64,000 nucleotides of DNA from Octopus sinensis (taxonomy: Eukaryota). Each line of letters begins with the position of its first letter. Position 1 is the stretch's first letter. The stretch is from the NCBI RefSeq assembly GCF_006345805.1, contig NC_043013.1, positions 9,734,001-9,798,000 of the forward strand. Reading direction: 5' to 3'. The translations under genes and the position numbers were made by a program. The notes below the pieces were generated by a model. That model saw nothing but the letters and a program-made list of their open reading frames with translations. It was not told where the DNA came from and did no database searches. Below are positions 12,517 through 25,646 of the stretch, one piece after another.

Positions 12517-13690
12517 CGAGCGTACACCAAGAGAGGGTGATTTGCACCTGTGGTGTCGGTACGCGCTCATGGCTTTCTGCCAGTCAGTGGAAGTTCCACT
12601 TTGAAGTTCTAAAGAGGATTAGTGGCGGGGAAAGTGCGACGATGTCCTCGGGGTATCACTGGGTGCCGGGAGGGACCAGTTAACTGGTCTTTTCCGAAGG
12701 ACTTTCACCCGGATAATTTCCAGAAATCCCTGGCCTGGAGGTGCTACCGGGGAGTTCTGCCGGTTCGAGACAAGCTCTGCAAACACGGAAGTGATGTTGA
12801 ACGGACCTGTGCGAGGTGTGCGCAGGGTGACGAAACCGTCCTGCATGCACTCGTCTAGTGTTCGGATATTACTGTCTTGAGGAAAGGTGGTGAGCTGGCG
12901 GAATTGTTAGCACGCCGGGCGAAATGCTTAGCGCTATTTCGTCTGCCGCTACGTTCTGTGTTCAAATTTCGCCGAGGTCGACTTTGGTTTTCATTCTTTC
13001 GGAGGCGATAAATTAAGTATCAGTTGCTTACTTGGGTCGATCTAATTGACTGGCACCTTCCCCAAAAATTTCGGGCCTTGTGCCTAGAGTAGAAAAGATT
13101 ACTGTCTTGTGGAGCTTTGTTGAACAGCTGTTGACACAGGTAGGACTGATCTGCTTACCAACCGAATCGATCGTAAAAAACAGTTCACCGCCTTCTTTTG
13201 ACTGGGAAAGAAAAGCAATTTTCCTGTCTGGTGGTCATAGCGAAAGAGATTTTGTAGCAGATGAGATTGATAGTACTGAAGAAAGATACCTTTTCGACGA
13301 AGCCCTCATCGTCTTTTTCCTGTTCCACTTGAAAACGAAAGTGAAAGTGGAGAGAGATGTTCTGACCCCGCCACCCAGTATTAAGTATAAAGTGGGTGAA
13401 TGTGGCGACTATGGCCCATGTGAATGGGTCTACTCTGAACATTTATTTATAAACCGGACGAGTTGAAAAGGTGCTCGTGGTGTTTCGGGTAACCAGGATG
13501 TGTAGGGTTTCTTGATTATTCCTGTGAGGCTCTCTGCTATTTTGGGAGAATTTTTGTTGTTTAATTGTATTGTTGATTATTGATTGTTATTAATTGCACA
13601 CTCGCCATTGTTCCAAATCCCACTTGACCCTTGTGTTGCATTGTCTCTATTTGTTTTGTGGTCAGGCCTTGTGGCCAATAAAGAAAACAT
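12517..13690 (+). mobile_element. 5'-truncated L1/Tx1-clade LINE 3' end (zf-RVT region, 3' UTR, AATAAA)
   Basis: DNFQKSLAWRCYRGVLPVRDKLCKHGSDVERTCARCAQGDETVLHALV*C (CxxC...ETxxH...C zinc knuckle), continuing ITVLWSFVEQLL after the SINE insertion. Ends ccttgtggccaataaagaaa. Candidate 8-bp TSD aataatta at 12509-12516 and 13691-13698. Confidence 0.85.
12884..13097 (+). mobile_element. SINE family B inserted into the Tx1 LINE
   Basis: Full copy flanked by TSD attactgtcttg(a/t)gga at 12868-12883 and 13098-13113. Confidence 0.92.
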
Positions 13691-14557
13691 AATAATTATG
13701 AAATGCTATAAATAAGTGAATCACACAAAATACAAAAATGGGAAATTACGAAAACAACAAAACAGTCAAAACAAAAACCACAAGAAAGCAAAAAAAACCC
13801 AAAAAACAACAAAAACAAAACAAAACAAAAACAACAAAAAAGAAACAAAACATTCCCCAAACAGCAAAGATACGAAAGAAAAAAAAACAAAAATTTAAAA
13901 ATAAAAATAAAGATTCATAAAGTCAGCGAAATTATTGTTTAGTTTTACAGTGCTAAATTAATATGTTAAGTAATTAATTAGTTAAGACATGATCTGACAT
14001 GTGTTACAAATCTACAGAGGATTTTAAGCTATGACGTCAGAAGGAATAACAGTATAGACGATGATAACGAATCCCCTATGTCGGTTGATTGTTCAAAGAA
14101 GCAAGCTGTGTCGCTTTGAATTACATGAGAAGAAACCTCCACCTGGTCGCTTCAATTTGTAGAAATACTACACGAATCTTCCTCAGATCACTCAATTGTG
14201 TTGCTGTGGTAGAATTATCAACATGATGGCTCGACTTGCTAGAAATACCAACTAAATCTCCCTTAGGTTATATAACTGTATTGTCTATATCCGAGTATCT
14301 ATATGGTGGCTGGTCTTGCTTGAAAGAACAAGCAGTTCTCTCTCAGATCACAAAATTGTCAACGTGGGAGTATCTAACTAATAGCTCGTCTTGCTTGACA
14401 GATGTGTACTAGGGTCGATGTAGTCCTCCCTAATTGCTGGCTTTATGCCAAAATTTGAAACCAATGTTTATTCCAGACTTTCGTTTCTGAGATCACTTCC
14501 GATCGACGTCAAGTTTGCATTTAATTTTTCTGAGGTCGATATATATAAGAAGCTTGA

Positions 14558-14752
14558 GGCGGTGAGCTTGGCAGAATCGTCTGCCGCTACGTTCTGAATT
14601 CAAATTCCACCGAGGTCGACTTTACCTTTCATCCTTTCGGGATCGAAAAATTAAGTACCAGTCACGTATAGGGATTGATTTAATAAACTATCTTCCCACC
14701 ACCACCACCACCACCGCCGCAAATTCCAAGCCTTGCGCCTATATTAGAAACG
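14558..14752 (+). mobile_element. SINE family B, internally deleted head
   Basis: ggcggtgagcttggcagaa joined directly to tcgtctgccgctacgttctg; ggtcgactttacctttcatcctttcggg core present. Confidence 0.85.
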
Positions 14753-15192
14753 ACATATAAAAGAAGCTCGCCAAGGATGGTAGTCTGACATCATCTGTGT
14801 GGCATAGGATGAGATCACTTAAGTTATTCGTCCCGGATCTTTACGTACTGAGATCAAATCACGCCGCTACTTGAATGGTGGAGACCACTTTGTTGCATGC
14901 ATTCGGCCCAGGTTTCCGGCGTGAGGGTAATTTCTTCCTTTCCTTTTAACGGTCTCGGAAGCTTTTCAAAAAATCCATGTGCGCTGCAAATTTCTACTGA
15001 CGAACGTTTCACACTTTGTTTCATTTATTAAAGTGCGGGCAAGCTGGAGCACGGACTTGTAGGATAAGTCGAAGAAATTCACCTCAGCATTTATTTTAAG
15101 TCTCCTTCTTTTGCCGAAAAGAGACATGTTAGCAAACCCAAACTGCATGTAAAGCAGCAGGAGAACATAACCTACACACAAACACTATATAT

Positions 15193-15355
15193 AGGCGAAG
15201 GAGTAGCTGTGTGGCAAGTAGCTTGCTTACCAACCACACAGTTCTGGGTTCAGTCCCACTGCGTGGCACCTTGGGCAAGTGTCTTCTACTATAGCTTCGG
15301 ACCGACCAAAGCCTTGTCAGTCGATTTGGTAGACGGAAACTGAAAGAAGTCCGTC

Positions 15356-15393
<38 letters not shown>

Positions 15394-15620
15394 GTGTGTG
15401 TGTGTGTGTGTTTGTGTGTCTGTGTCTGTCTCCCCAACATCGCTTGACAACCGATGCTGGTGTGTTTACGTCCCTGTTACTTAGCGGTTCGGCAAAAAAG
15501 ACCGATAGGATAAGTGCTAGGCTTAGAAAGAATAAGTCCTGGGGTCGATATGCTCGACTAAAAGGCGGTGCTCCAGCATGGCCGCAGTGAAATGACTGAA
15601 ACAAGTAAAAGAGAAAGAGA
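15193..15620 (+). mobile_element. SINE family A, full length
   Basis: Colinear with 7713-8110. Confidence 0.9.
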
Positions 15621-16412
15621 GAAATATGTATGTGTGTGTGGGGGTGGGGGCATGTATGTGTGTGTGTGTGTGTGTGAACGAGCGGTTTCTACAGTTTCCA
15701 TCATCCAAAATTCAATCAAAAGGTATTGGTCGGTCTGGGGCTGTGTATAGTAGTAGAAGATACCCACCCAATATTCCGCAGAGTGCAATAGAATCCAAAA
15801 TTTCTTGATTGCGAAGGAGACTTTTTAGCCAATCGCTCATGCCTGGCACACAAACATCAGATTAAAAAAATGAAGAAGGAAAAGTACACTCTTAAATGTA
15901 TATTAAAAATATGCCCGACTAGAAGTGAAATATAGATCCCGTTTAAAACTTGTTAAGTATGTTAGTTATCAGTTCTCAATGAGCAAGAGTTATCAATGGA
16001 TCCCGTTGATATAAATGCACATATAATGTACAGGATGTGGTTCCAGGTAGATTCCATATACAATATACGACGTACTAATGAATAACATAAAAGAAAATAC
16101 GTACTAAAACGTTTCTAAGGAATGATAATTCTTTGCCTCAAGCAGGAGAGTAACTCCTCCCATTTGAAATCGTACGACTATACCAATTGATCCTCTGGGG
16201 CTTGCCGTCTGTTCCTGTATGCGTGTTGGTTCGAAATCAGTGTCTTGTCTTTTATTTGAAGATGGGTGACGTAACTTTAAACCAGGAAGTTGTCAGTTTG
16301 TGTTCTGAACGAACTATACATATGAGGAAGTATCTAATAGCCATTGGAAATTAACTGTCGGGAAATTTCATATTTTATACACACACACACACACACACAA
16401 ATATATATATAT

Positions 16413-16446
<34 letters not shown>

Positions 16447-17284
16447 ATATATATACATGCACACACACAGATATATATATATATATATATGGCAGGATTT
16501 CCGGTGTTAATTTTTACCTTCTGTTTCTTTGTAATGAAATACCTTTATACTAAATATAATACTAAGGCCCAACCACCACCAATGTCTTCTTTTTAAATAT
16601 TCTTGTCGCCTCTAATCTAATGTGAAACTATGATTTTCTTTAAATTTCGTTGATTCTTAAATGAATATGAGAAAAACCAGCAAAAAAAGTACATTTAACA
16701 TATGTTTCGTCTATAACATAAATTTGTTCGTTAAATGTGATCTGGTATTTTTCTTTCTTTTTCGGAAGTATTTTCTGTTAGGAAACCTCCTTAAGAGTAA
16801 ACTTTCTTGTGTTCGTTATTGTTGTTGTTGGTATGGTCTTTTGGCTCCAGTAAAATCTGAAGAATATCTATGAACAAAGGTGTTCTACCATAACTACACA
16901 ATCTATCCTGTTTTCAAGCATAACGTATTTACGTATAGATTATCAAATGTGTTTACCTTGAAATTGATCTGACTGCACTTTCTAGTAGTTACAGATGCAT
17001 AAAGTTTCAAATATTTACAACAGAAATTCATTCATTGGTGTTCTGACACAGCAATATATTGTGTTTGTTATGAGTGGAGCTTTGTAGCTTGTACTATACT
17101 TTTGCTTATTATGCTTCTGGCGTCACGAGCAATTTGAACTACGAACGTGAAACCAGAGCAAACGCAGCCTACCATTTTGATCGGCCTGTTTACAATTCTG
17201 CAGCTCAGAGCCACGCTGATATGAACAACAACAAATTCAATTTTTGGTATAAGGAGACAATCCTATTATATCTTTATATCTACT

Positions 17285-17435
17285 CCAGTACTTGACTGTT
17301 ACTTATTTTATCGACCCCGAAAGGATGAAAGGCAAAATTGACCTCGGCAGTATTTGAACTCAGAACGCGAAGAATCAGACGAAATGCCACTAAGCATTTT
17401 TTCGGGAGTACTAACGGTTCTTCTATCTCGTCGCT
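17285..17435 (-). mobile_element. SINE family B, degenerate
   Basis: atcgaccccgaaaggatgaaaggcaaaattgacctcggc, the reverse of the B core. Confidence 0.8.
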
Positions 17436-18975
17436 ATAACGATACAAAGAATAATATAATAAAAACGGTCGTGTTAGTTATGTCTGTAACCTTTTGGTTG
17501 TAGAACTGTTATCCAGGTTTGCTAAATGAGAATACCATGAAAATAGTGGCTATAGAGAAAATGATGCTGTACCAATGGACCAAACTCCACACAACCTATC
17601 ATTTATGTTTTGAAACAAAGCTTATGACATTCTGGAGATATTCCCACGATTATTACAAAACTATATTTTACTAAAACGGTTTTAACTCACAGTTGAAGCT
17701 ACTTTACTGCGTGTACGTCATAAAAACCGTCCGTGAAAGACATAAAACGTCATTTTATACCATTACTTCTCTCTGAACATACAAGGTCTTTGTGCTTAAA
17801 TAGACGAAATCTTATTGTAAAGGATTCATTTATCTCACTTATCAACTAGAGGACTCAATTATCAACTTATGGTGATATACAAGGTGTAGGGGTACAGAGT
17901 GAGTGGGGGAGAGAATTGGCACAAGGAATAAGAAGTGTTAACCCGTAGACTAAGTACCAATTCTTGACAACCGAGCGAATGGAAAGCACATAGACGTTTA
18001 TTGTTCGTGCTAAGGCAACGCTTCGCTAAAACTCGTCATTTGTGAATGCAGTGAAGAAGAAGAATCAACGTGCAGGCATGACGTGCTAGAAATGATAGCC
18101 AAATCTAACCTCAGATCAGATTCTAGCGTCGTAAAAATAATGGATTACGAATAATACGCAAAAAAGAAGACATGGTCATGGATGGAATTTTATTCATAGC
18201 AGAGCTTGCTCGGAATTAATAAGAACAAGAACGATTTACAACTTGGAACACTTGCTACAATATTGTCCAAAAATTTCCATAGCTAATTCACTTTTACAAA
18301 CACAAAACTGCAGTTAAAAAAAAGGAATGTTGGCTAACAATATTTTTCTTATCACTATGGGTGTGTCATTTGAATGAATCTAAAATCATACTCAGCTCAC
18401 TGCAATAAGTATTGTAGCTTGCACTTAGCTATATATATCTTCATTATGCAGAAGGCATCACTGGAAAATTTTCCAAAGTCATTTGTGACAGTTCTATCAC
18501 TTGAGACAAAGATACAAGAACCAGGCCGAAAATCGTTGAGAGTAAATATCGTTTCCTTTGAAATAAAAGGAAACATTTTTGCTTAATTACCTCCTACAAA
18601 TAATGAAAAACAAAGTCTCGTTTCTCCAAAGCACCCATTCTAACAATGTGATATTAAATATAATATACTAATGGTCTAGTGGATATTTTACAGATAGATT
18701 TTTAAAATGCTGGGATATCATCGGCGAAAGCTGGGGTTTCTATTTTTAGGATATACATAGCAATTTCAAAGACAATATTGGTAAGTAGCATTCTTTAAAA
18801 CTTTTCTTACAAATATACATATCTCCACATACAAGTACATCCATCTAATAAATTTCAAAAACTATATGTAACAGCATGACAGTGAAATTGAAATAAGTAT
18901 ATATACTGTCACTATTCTTAAAATTCCTTTAAAGATATCTATCTCTCTCTCTCACTCTCTGTCTGTTTGTCTGTC

Positions 18976-19021
<46 letters not shown>

Positions 19022-19112
19022 ATATATATATATATATATTTTTTTTATATGTATATATATATTATATGTGCATAGATGTATGTATATATTATATATATAT
19101 AGATATATGTGC

Positions 19113-19177
<65 letters not shown>

Positions 19178-19257
19178 TATATGTGCATATATAATATATA
19201 TATATTATTTATTTATATAAATGTATATATTATATATATATATTATAAGTATATACA

Positions 19258-19312
<55 letters not shown>

Positions 19313-19650
19313 ATCTATCTTGGGATCTCATTATGCTGAGTTGTCTTCTATTCCCGCAAAGTTGAACGTGTTTTGGGGTTCACGATATATGGTGATTACA
19401 TAAATTGATATTGCTTGATTGAATTGGTGGATAATCTTATTAGGCTAGAAAATTTAATTGATAGCTTATACGATTGTGGGGTTTCGCAACACACTTACAC
19501 ACACATATATATACACACACACAAATACATACATATATGTGTGTGTATGTGTGCGTATATCTGTATGTGTAAAACTCTTATTTTGTTTCTACTTTCTTGT
19601 TTATATAATACGATATATACATATGTATGTATGTATATGTATATGTATAC

Positions 19651-19686
<36 letters not shown>

Positions 19687-19688
<2 letters not shown>

Positions 19689-20400
19689 TAGCATTAAAGA
19701 CCCGTCGTTGCCGGGTCATAGTGCTAGTGCATGTATATATGTGTATATATATATGTGTACATATTACATGTACATCTATATATATACATCTACACATAAA
19801 ATACAAAATACAAAGTTATATCTTGATATCGCTAGTGATAACAATACTCAAAATATATAACAGACTGGAATTGTTAGCCCGTCTCTTGTAATTTCGATGA
19901 ATTGTATCTTGTCCTACCTCTTGTATAGAAGTGTGGCTACAATCCAGCCTACCTCTACTCGCTCTAGGCAAGAAGTTGAACAGTTTTTCTACCCATGAAA
20001 CTACATCGACCCTAAGTAAGGCATGTGTAAAATTTGAATGGAATTGGTTGTGTAGTTCTCAGGTTTTAGGGAATCGTAGTGGAGAAGATATGATATTGCT
20101 GTGGGCTCGCCCTAGGCAAAAAGTTCAAAATTCTTTTTGCCGATGACACTCCCCAGACCCTAAGTAAAGCATGTGTAAAATTTGAATGAAATTGGTTGAA
20201 TGAAATTGGTCCTACAAGAAGAAAAAAATAAACCGTCTGAAAGAAGAGAAATATCTCGAGTTATATACATGAAGTTTGGTTCCCATAAACATTAATATAG
20301 TGCGTGTGTATATGTATATATACATAAATCAAGTTTTAGGGAAACACACAGACAGACAGACAGACAGACACACATTCTAAGTTTTATATATATATAAAGA
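19687..20400 (+). mobile_element. Non-autonomous Helentron-associated (HINE/DINE-1-like) element in (TA)n
   Basis: 5' ACTAG..GACCCG-tcgttgc-CGGGTC hairpin; internal ~45-bp duplicated block gaccctaagtaa(g/a)gcatgtgtaaaatttgaatg; (GACA)n near the 3' end; ends ttttatatatatataaagat. Confidence 0.65.
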
Positions 20401-20415
20401 TATATATATATAAAG

Positions 20416-20465
<50 letters not shown>

Positions 20466-20870
20466 ATATATATATATATATATTCAGATAAATTTTACAT
20501 AGTTGAAAAGTTATGTGAAGTAGAATTCCATAAATTGTTTGGACAGAATACATGGTATTCTTTTATCAAATTTGGCAGTCCTCTGTTTCGTCCCGCTTTC
20601 AGGTCTTGTTAGTCTATGTCATATATGTGACCACGTATGCGTGTGCGCGCATAAACACGGCTATATTTATAGATAGATATATTATTTCATTTATTATAAC
20701 TGACACTCAAGTGAAAATATTATTGCATTGCCGAGATGTTCTAAAGAAATACCCGTATTGAAAAAAATTCTGTTGAAATAAATTAATATTATTTTATTAA
20801 GTTTTTTGAACATGGAAATATAAACACACAAAATCACAAACACGCATACATAGCGGTGTGTATGCGCATG

Positions 20871-20930
<60 letters not shown>

Positions 20931-20984
20931 ATTGAATTGAAGAAATGGAGTTGAACGAAGATTGAACAGAAATCCTTTTATTGC

Positions 20985-21066
20985 ATACTACACGTGTTTC
21001 GAAAGCCACAATTTACCAAATTCCGATTGAATAAGGAGACCATATTGTGTCTTTCTCTTCAGGAAG
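20985..21066 (-). ncRNA. Hammerhead-like motif with long helix II, in a PLE pseudo-LTR-like fragment (~20930-21110)
   Basis: Reverse complement CTGAAGA-GAAAGACACAAT-(31 nt)-ATTGTGGCTTTC-GAAAC-ACGT-GTA-gtatgcaataaaagg. 12-bp helix II with one mismatch; palindromic ACACGTGT; helix I poorly paired. Confidence 0.6.
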
Positions 21067-21115
21067 AAATAGGAATTCGGTTAAACATTTGATTAATCTG
21101 CAACAAGATTATTCA

Positions 21116-21175
<60 letters not shown>

Positions 21176-21252
21176 AGAGTTAACGATAAGTGGCTAAATC
21201 TAGTGCTAGAAATAGCTCCTTTTTCTGGTATAGCCACTCTCATTTATGAATT

Positions 21253-21321
<69 letters not shown>

Positions 21322-21617
21322 TTCATGTATGTATGTATGAATATGTGTGCGTGTGTATATATGTTGTGAGGTATATATGTTTATGGATTTATGTATATGC
21401 TTGTGAGTATTATTACATAAAGATATATTATAGTAACTGTAATATTATTGTCGGCGACCTCACAGAAATGTATATATGCCTTCGAAACGTGTCTATGTTT
21501 TTGCTTCTCATTGTGTTCAACGTTCTTTTTTACCCATATATGCATGTATATATACATATATCCGTAGGTATTTACATATATATATACATATGTATATATG
21601 CATATATTTATATATTA

Positions 21618-21704
<87 letters not shown>

Positions 21705-22525
21705 AATATAAATATATAGGTATCCGATAAAATTATATATAATATATTACCTTTATAATTGCGAAAAATACTCCTTGATAATTTCTTGAGAAATGATTGA
21801 TAAAAATATTACTAGACTAATGATTATCGTGAGTGATATGATCCATTAGAAACTATGTATATATTTATATATTATTAATATTATCATATATATATATATA
21901 GGTATCCGATAAAATTATGTAATAGAACTATTTCAGATATATATATATATGTATAGCATTGAAGCAAATCAATATAAATGACAAAGTACTCTAAATTTTA
22001 TTCCTTTGTCTAAATTTTGCAAATGACAATTAAATTTCTACTAATGAGTAACAAAGAAATAAAGTGATTTTTACACTGAAATCGAAGTGTTTTCTTCATT
22101 CTAAGTGGAAGAACTCTTTCCAGATAAAGGGATGTTATTCATGCCGTCCTCTTTCTTAAGCTGCAAGGCTCGGGTTTATACGAAGACGACTGCTGTCTTC
22201 CGCTGTGGCTGCATTAAGACGTTCCGTGTGCTCCTTTCTCGCGATGGGGAAATATATATTGATTAGCATGGTGGGGGGAAAAAAGAAATGAGAAAAAGAA
22301 AAACCTGGAGAAGATGTAAGGGAGATTACTCAAATTGGTATCTCCTTATATTCGGAAATACGATGAAACCTTGCTTCCCTTTGGCCCCTGAAATATTTTC
22401 AGGGGAGATTTTTCGGGAGCCGCACATTGAACAGTAGTGATAAATACATACATACATACATACATACATACATACATACATACATACAAACATATATACA
22501 TACATACATACATGCATACGTACAA

Positions 22526-22565
<40 letters not shown>

Positions 22566-22734
22566 TCCTATTTATATATATACATATTCTAACGTTCATA
22601 TATAAATATATATAAATATATATATAATGGTCATATTTATATCTACGTACACTATATATATATATGAAAGTGTGTGTGCATATGCGTTTCTGTATGTATA
22701 TATTATATATATACGTATATATATATATATGGAT

Positions 22735-22813
<79 letters not shown>

Positions 22814-23047
22814 TATATATATATACATATATATATACGTATATATATATGACTAGAACTGCAAATTCATGAACATATATGCATAAATGAGAATATATAT
22901 CTATGTATATGAATATGTATGTATATAGGTATACATGCATGTATATATATATATTATATATATACATACATACATATATATATGTATATATATATTTATA
23001 TATATATATACATACTCACATACATACATACGCACATACACACACAC

Positions 23048-23083
<36 letters not shown>

Positions 23084-23457
23084 TTGCGAGTATATTCTTT
23101 TGTCTCTATCTCTCTGTCTTCATGTGTGTACCAATACCCACACACACGTATATACACATGCATGTATGTATGTATGTATGTATGTATGTATGTATGTATG
23201 TATGTATGTATGTATGTATATATATTTATTTATTTATACATATACATATATATGCGCATATATCTTTTTGGAGTGAACTGCAGCAACTTGAAGTTCTGCC
23301 TTGCTCGAGGACACAACACGTCTCCGAGAATGGAACTCACGACTCACGTGAACTCACAACAAACTCAGGAACTCTTCTTCATGAGAAATTTCCATTTATG
23401 AGCCTTTATTTATTTCATTTTATTTTCACACACACTCACGCGCACACACACACACAG

Positions 23458-23488
<31 letters not shown>

Positions 23489-23620
23489 ATTGCATGTATA
23501 TTTAAATAGATATGCATATGCGTGTGTATTTGTGTGTGCATATGCATATGTGTGTGTTCATATGCATACGTGTGTGTGTGTGTACAGTTATGTATATCGT
23601 TATATTTTGTATGCATATGA

Positions 23621-23853
23621 TTGGCGGCGAGCTGGCAGAAACGTTAGCACGCCGGGCGAAATGCTTAGCAGTATTTCGTCTGCCGTTACGTTCTGAGTTC
23701 AAATACCACCGAGGTCGACTTTGCCTTTCATCCTTTCGGGGTCGATTAAATAAGTACCAGTTACGTACTGGGGTCGATATAATCGACTTAATCCGTTTGT
23801 CTGTCCTAGTTTGTCCTCTCTGTGTTTAGCTCCTTGTGGGTAGTAAAGAAACA
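23621..23853 (+). mobile_element. SINE family B, full length
   Basis: TSD tatattttgtatg(c/t)atatga at 23601-23620 and 23854-23873. Confidence 0.92.
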
Positions 23854-24753
23854 TATATTTTGTATGTATATGAGTATATTTACAAATGTCTATTCCTATA
23901 TGAATACATATTAATATGTGGGCATAAAATTTTATGTGAATGTATCTATGCATATATATACATATATAGATTTGTATGCATGCAGGACGTCTCAAAAATT
24001 GTATACATGCACTGGATGATTATAAAGTCAGTGCTTACGAAAATAGAGTTGATTTCCAAAATCTAAGAAAATGTATTACCAGAATTCATTTTTGTTTGTT
24101 TTATGAAACCCTGTTTTCCAACTGATGAACTTTCCGTTGCATGTACTGTTGAACCCTGCCGCATTCCAATTACAATCGCGAAAATCATCTCCTTCGGTAT
24201 TAGTGTTCATTTTCGTTCAATAGCTGCACTCAATTTGTCGGCTGTTTCCCGTTGCTTTTCTTTTTATTTTAACGTAAAATTTATCATTTAATTATCCATA
24301 TAAAAATATTTGTCAAGGGATGTGAAGTTCGTTGAACGCTCCGAATATTTTACTGATCAGCTTTGCTCAATCCACCTGTTTGGTATCCCCCACCTCAAAA
24401 AGAAAAACAAACAGAAACAAGAGGGAGCTATTTAGGGTAGGGCCTTATATTTCTGTGTTAGCACCGAAAGTCACATCTTGGAAATAAAACTCAACTTCTT
24501 CAAAGTCCTCTTGGATGCTTAGCACGACAAGCTATCGCATCAAATTCAAGTAAATGAGATAAGTCACACTGCCGTCAAAGGTCCAATTAATTTTGTTGAT
24601 GAAGTCCGAAAAATATGAGTTTGCAAAATAGTTAAACTTCTTTATTGACATTCGATATTTCATTTAAGATCCCTTGTTGGTCATTTGGTTAATGAAAATA
24701 TTCTTAAGTAACATCAACAAAAGAGACAATGGTCCAATTAATTTTGTTGATGA

Positions 24754-25404
24754 TAAGTTGTATTATATTGTAATTACCGGTAAATTAACATGATATTCCC
24801 CCGTAATGTACCGATTCTATAGACTCAATTATGGCGGTGAACCGAGCTACTTAATTTAAATGTAACCTCATCACCCGAAATAATCTTTGTTGGCATGAGT
24901 GCTTCTCCTATACATTTTGGCATTTAACACTCACAGAATTCGACTCTTCGGTTCGGATCATCTTCATTAAGAGTATGAACTAATTTTGGAATGTATCCAT
25001 TCTAAAGCTTCGCCCTTCAAAATGCGATACGTTTGATTTTAAAATTTCTCTCATGATTCCGTTTTTGCGCAGATTTTCTTGAACGCAAAGAGAGTATGTT
25101 TCTAGCACCATGTCTTGCTTTATGAGGCTTGTCGATGTCCGCAGACTCCTAGAATGCTTCATGTGGATATTCTAAGCAGTTCCATCTACTTCAAAATTTC
25201 TAAATCGAGTGATGATAAATCACTCTGTTCGAAATGCCTTGCATTCCGTTCTCAGAACTTCCAGTAGCACGTTAGGGCAAATTTCCTTTGTCAAAAACTT
25301 AGTTTGGCAGCCTTCGTATTTCTAATGGGTTACCTTTAAAAAAAGAAATTAATATTAAATTACCTGCGATTGAAATCTGTAAACATTTTTAGGGGGACAC
25401 TATG
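24754..25404 (-). mobile_element. Tc1/mariner-superfamily transposase relic
   Basis: Broken minus frames: TRFRNFEVDGTA*NIHMKHSRSLRTSTS / YIPKLVHTLNEDDPNRRVEFCE / PTKIISGDEVTFKLSSSVHRHN*VY (DE-F motif at first catalytic Asp). TIR-like TA-catagtgtccccctaaaa at the right end. Confidence 0.75.
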
Positions 25405-25598
25405 TATTTTTATATGTGTTCACATGTTTATTTATATACGTATATATGTGTGTCTTTGTGTATGTGTGTGTCTGTGTATAATGTGTTTTGCGTGTTCCTT
25501 GCATATATATATAATCTTAGTGTTTTTTTGGTATCAGTTTGTGTGCTATATGTATGTAGTTTTGTGTATATGTATATGTATATCTGTGTGTATGTATA

Positions 25599-25646
<48 letters not shown>

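Noticed and set aside
24580-24753. Direct repeats with a spacer, superficially CRISPR-like
   Set aside because: Only two repeats, eukaryotic context, no cas genes; better explained as a repair-associated duplication.
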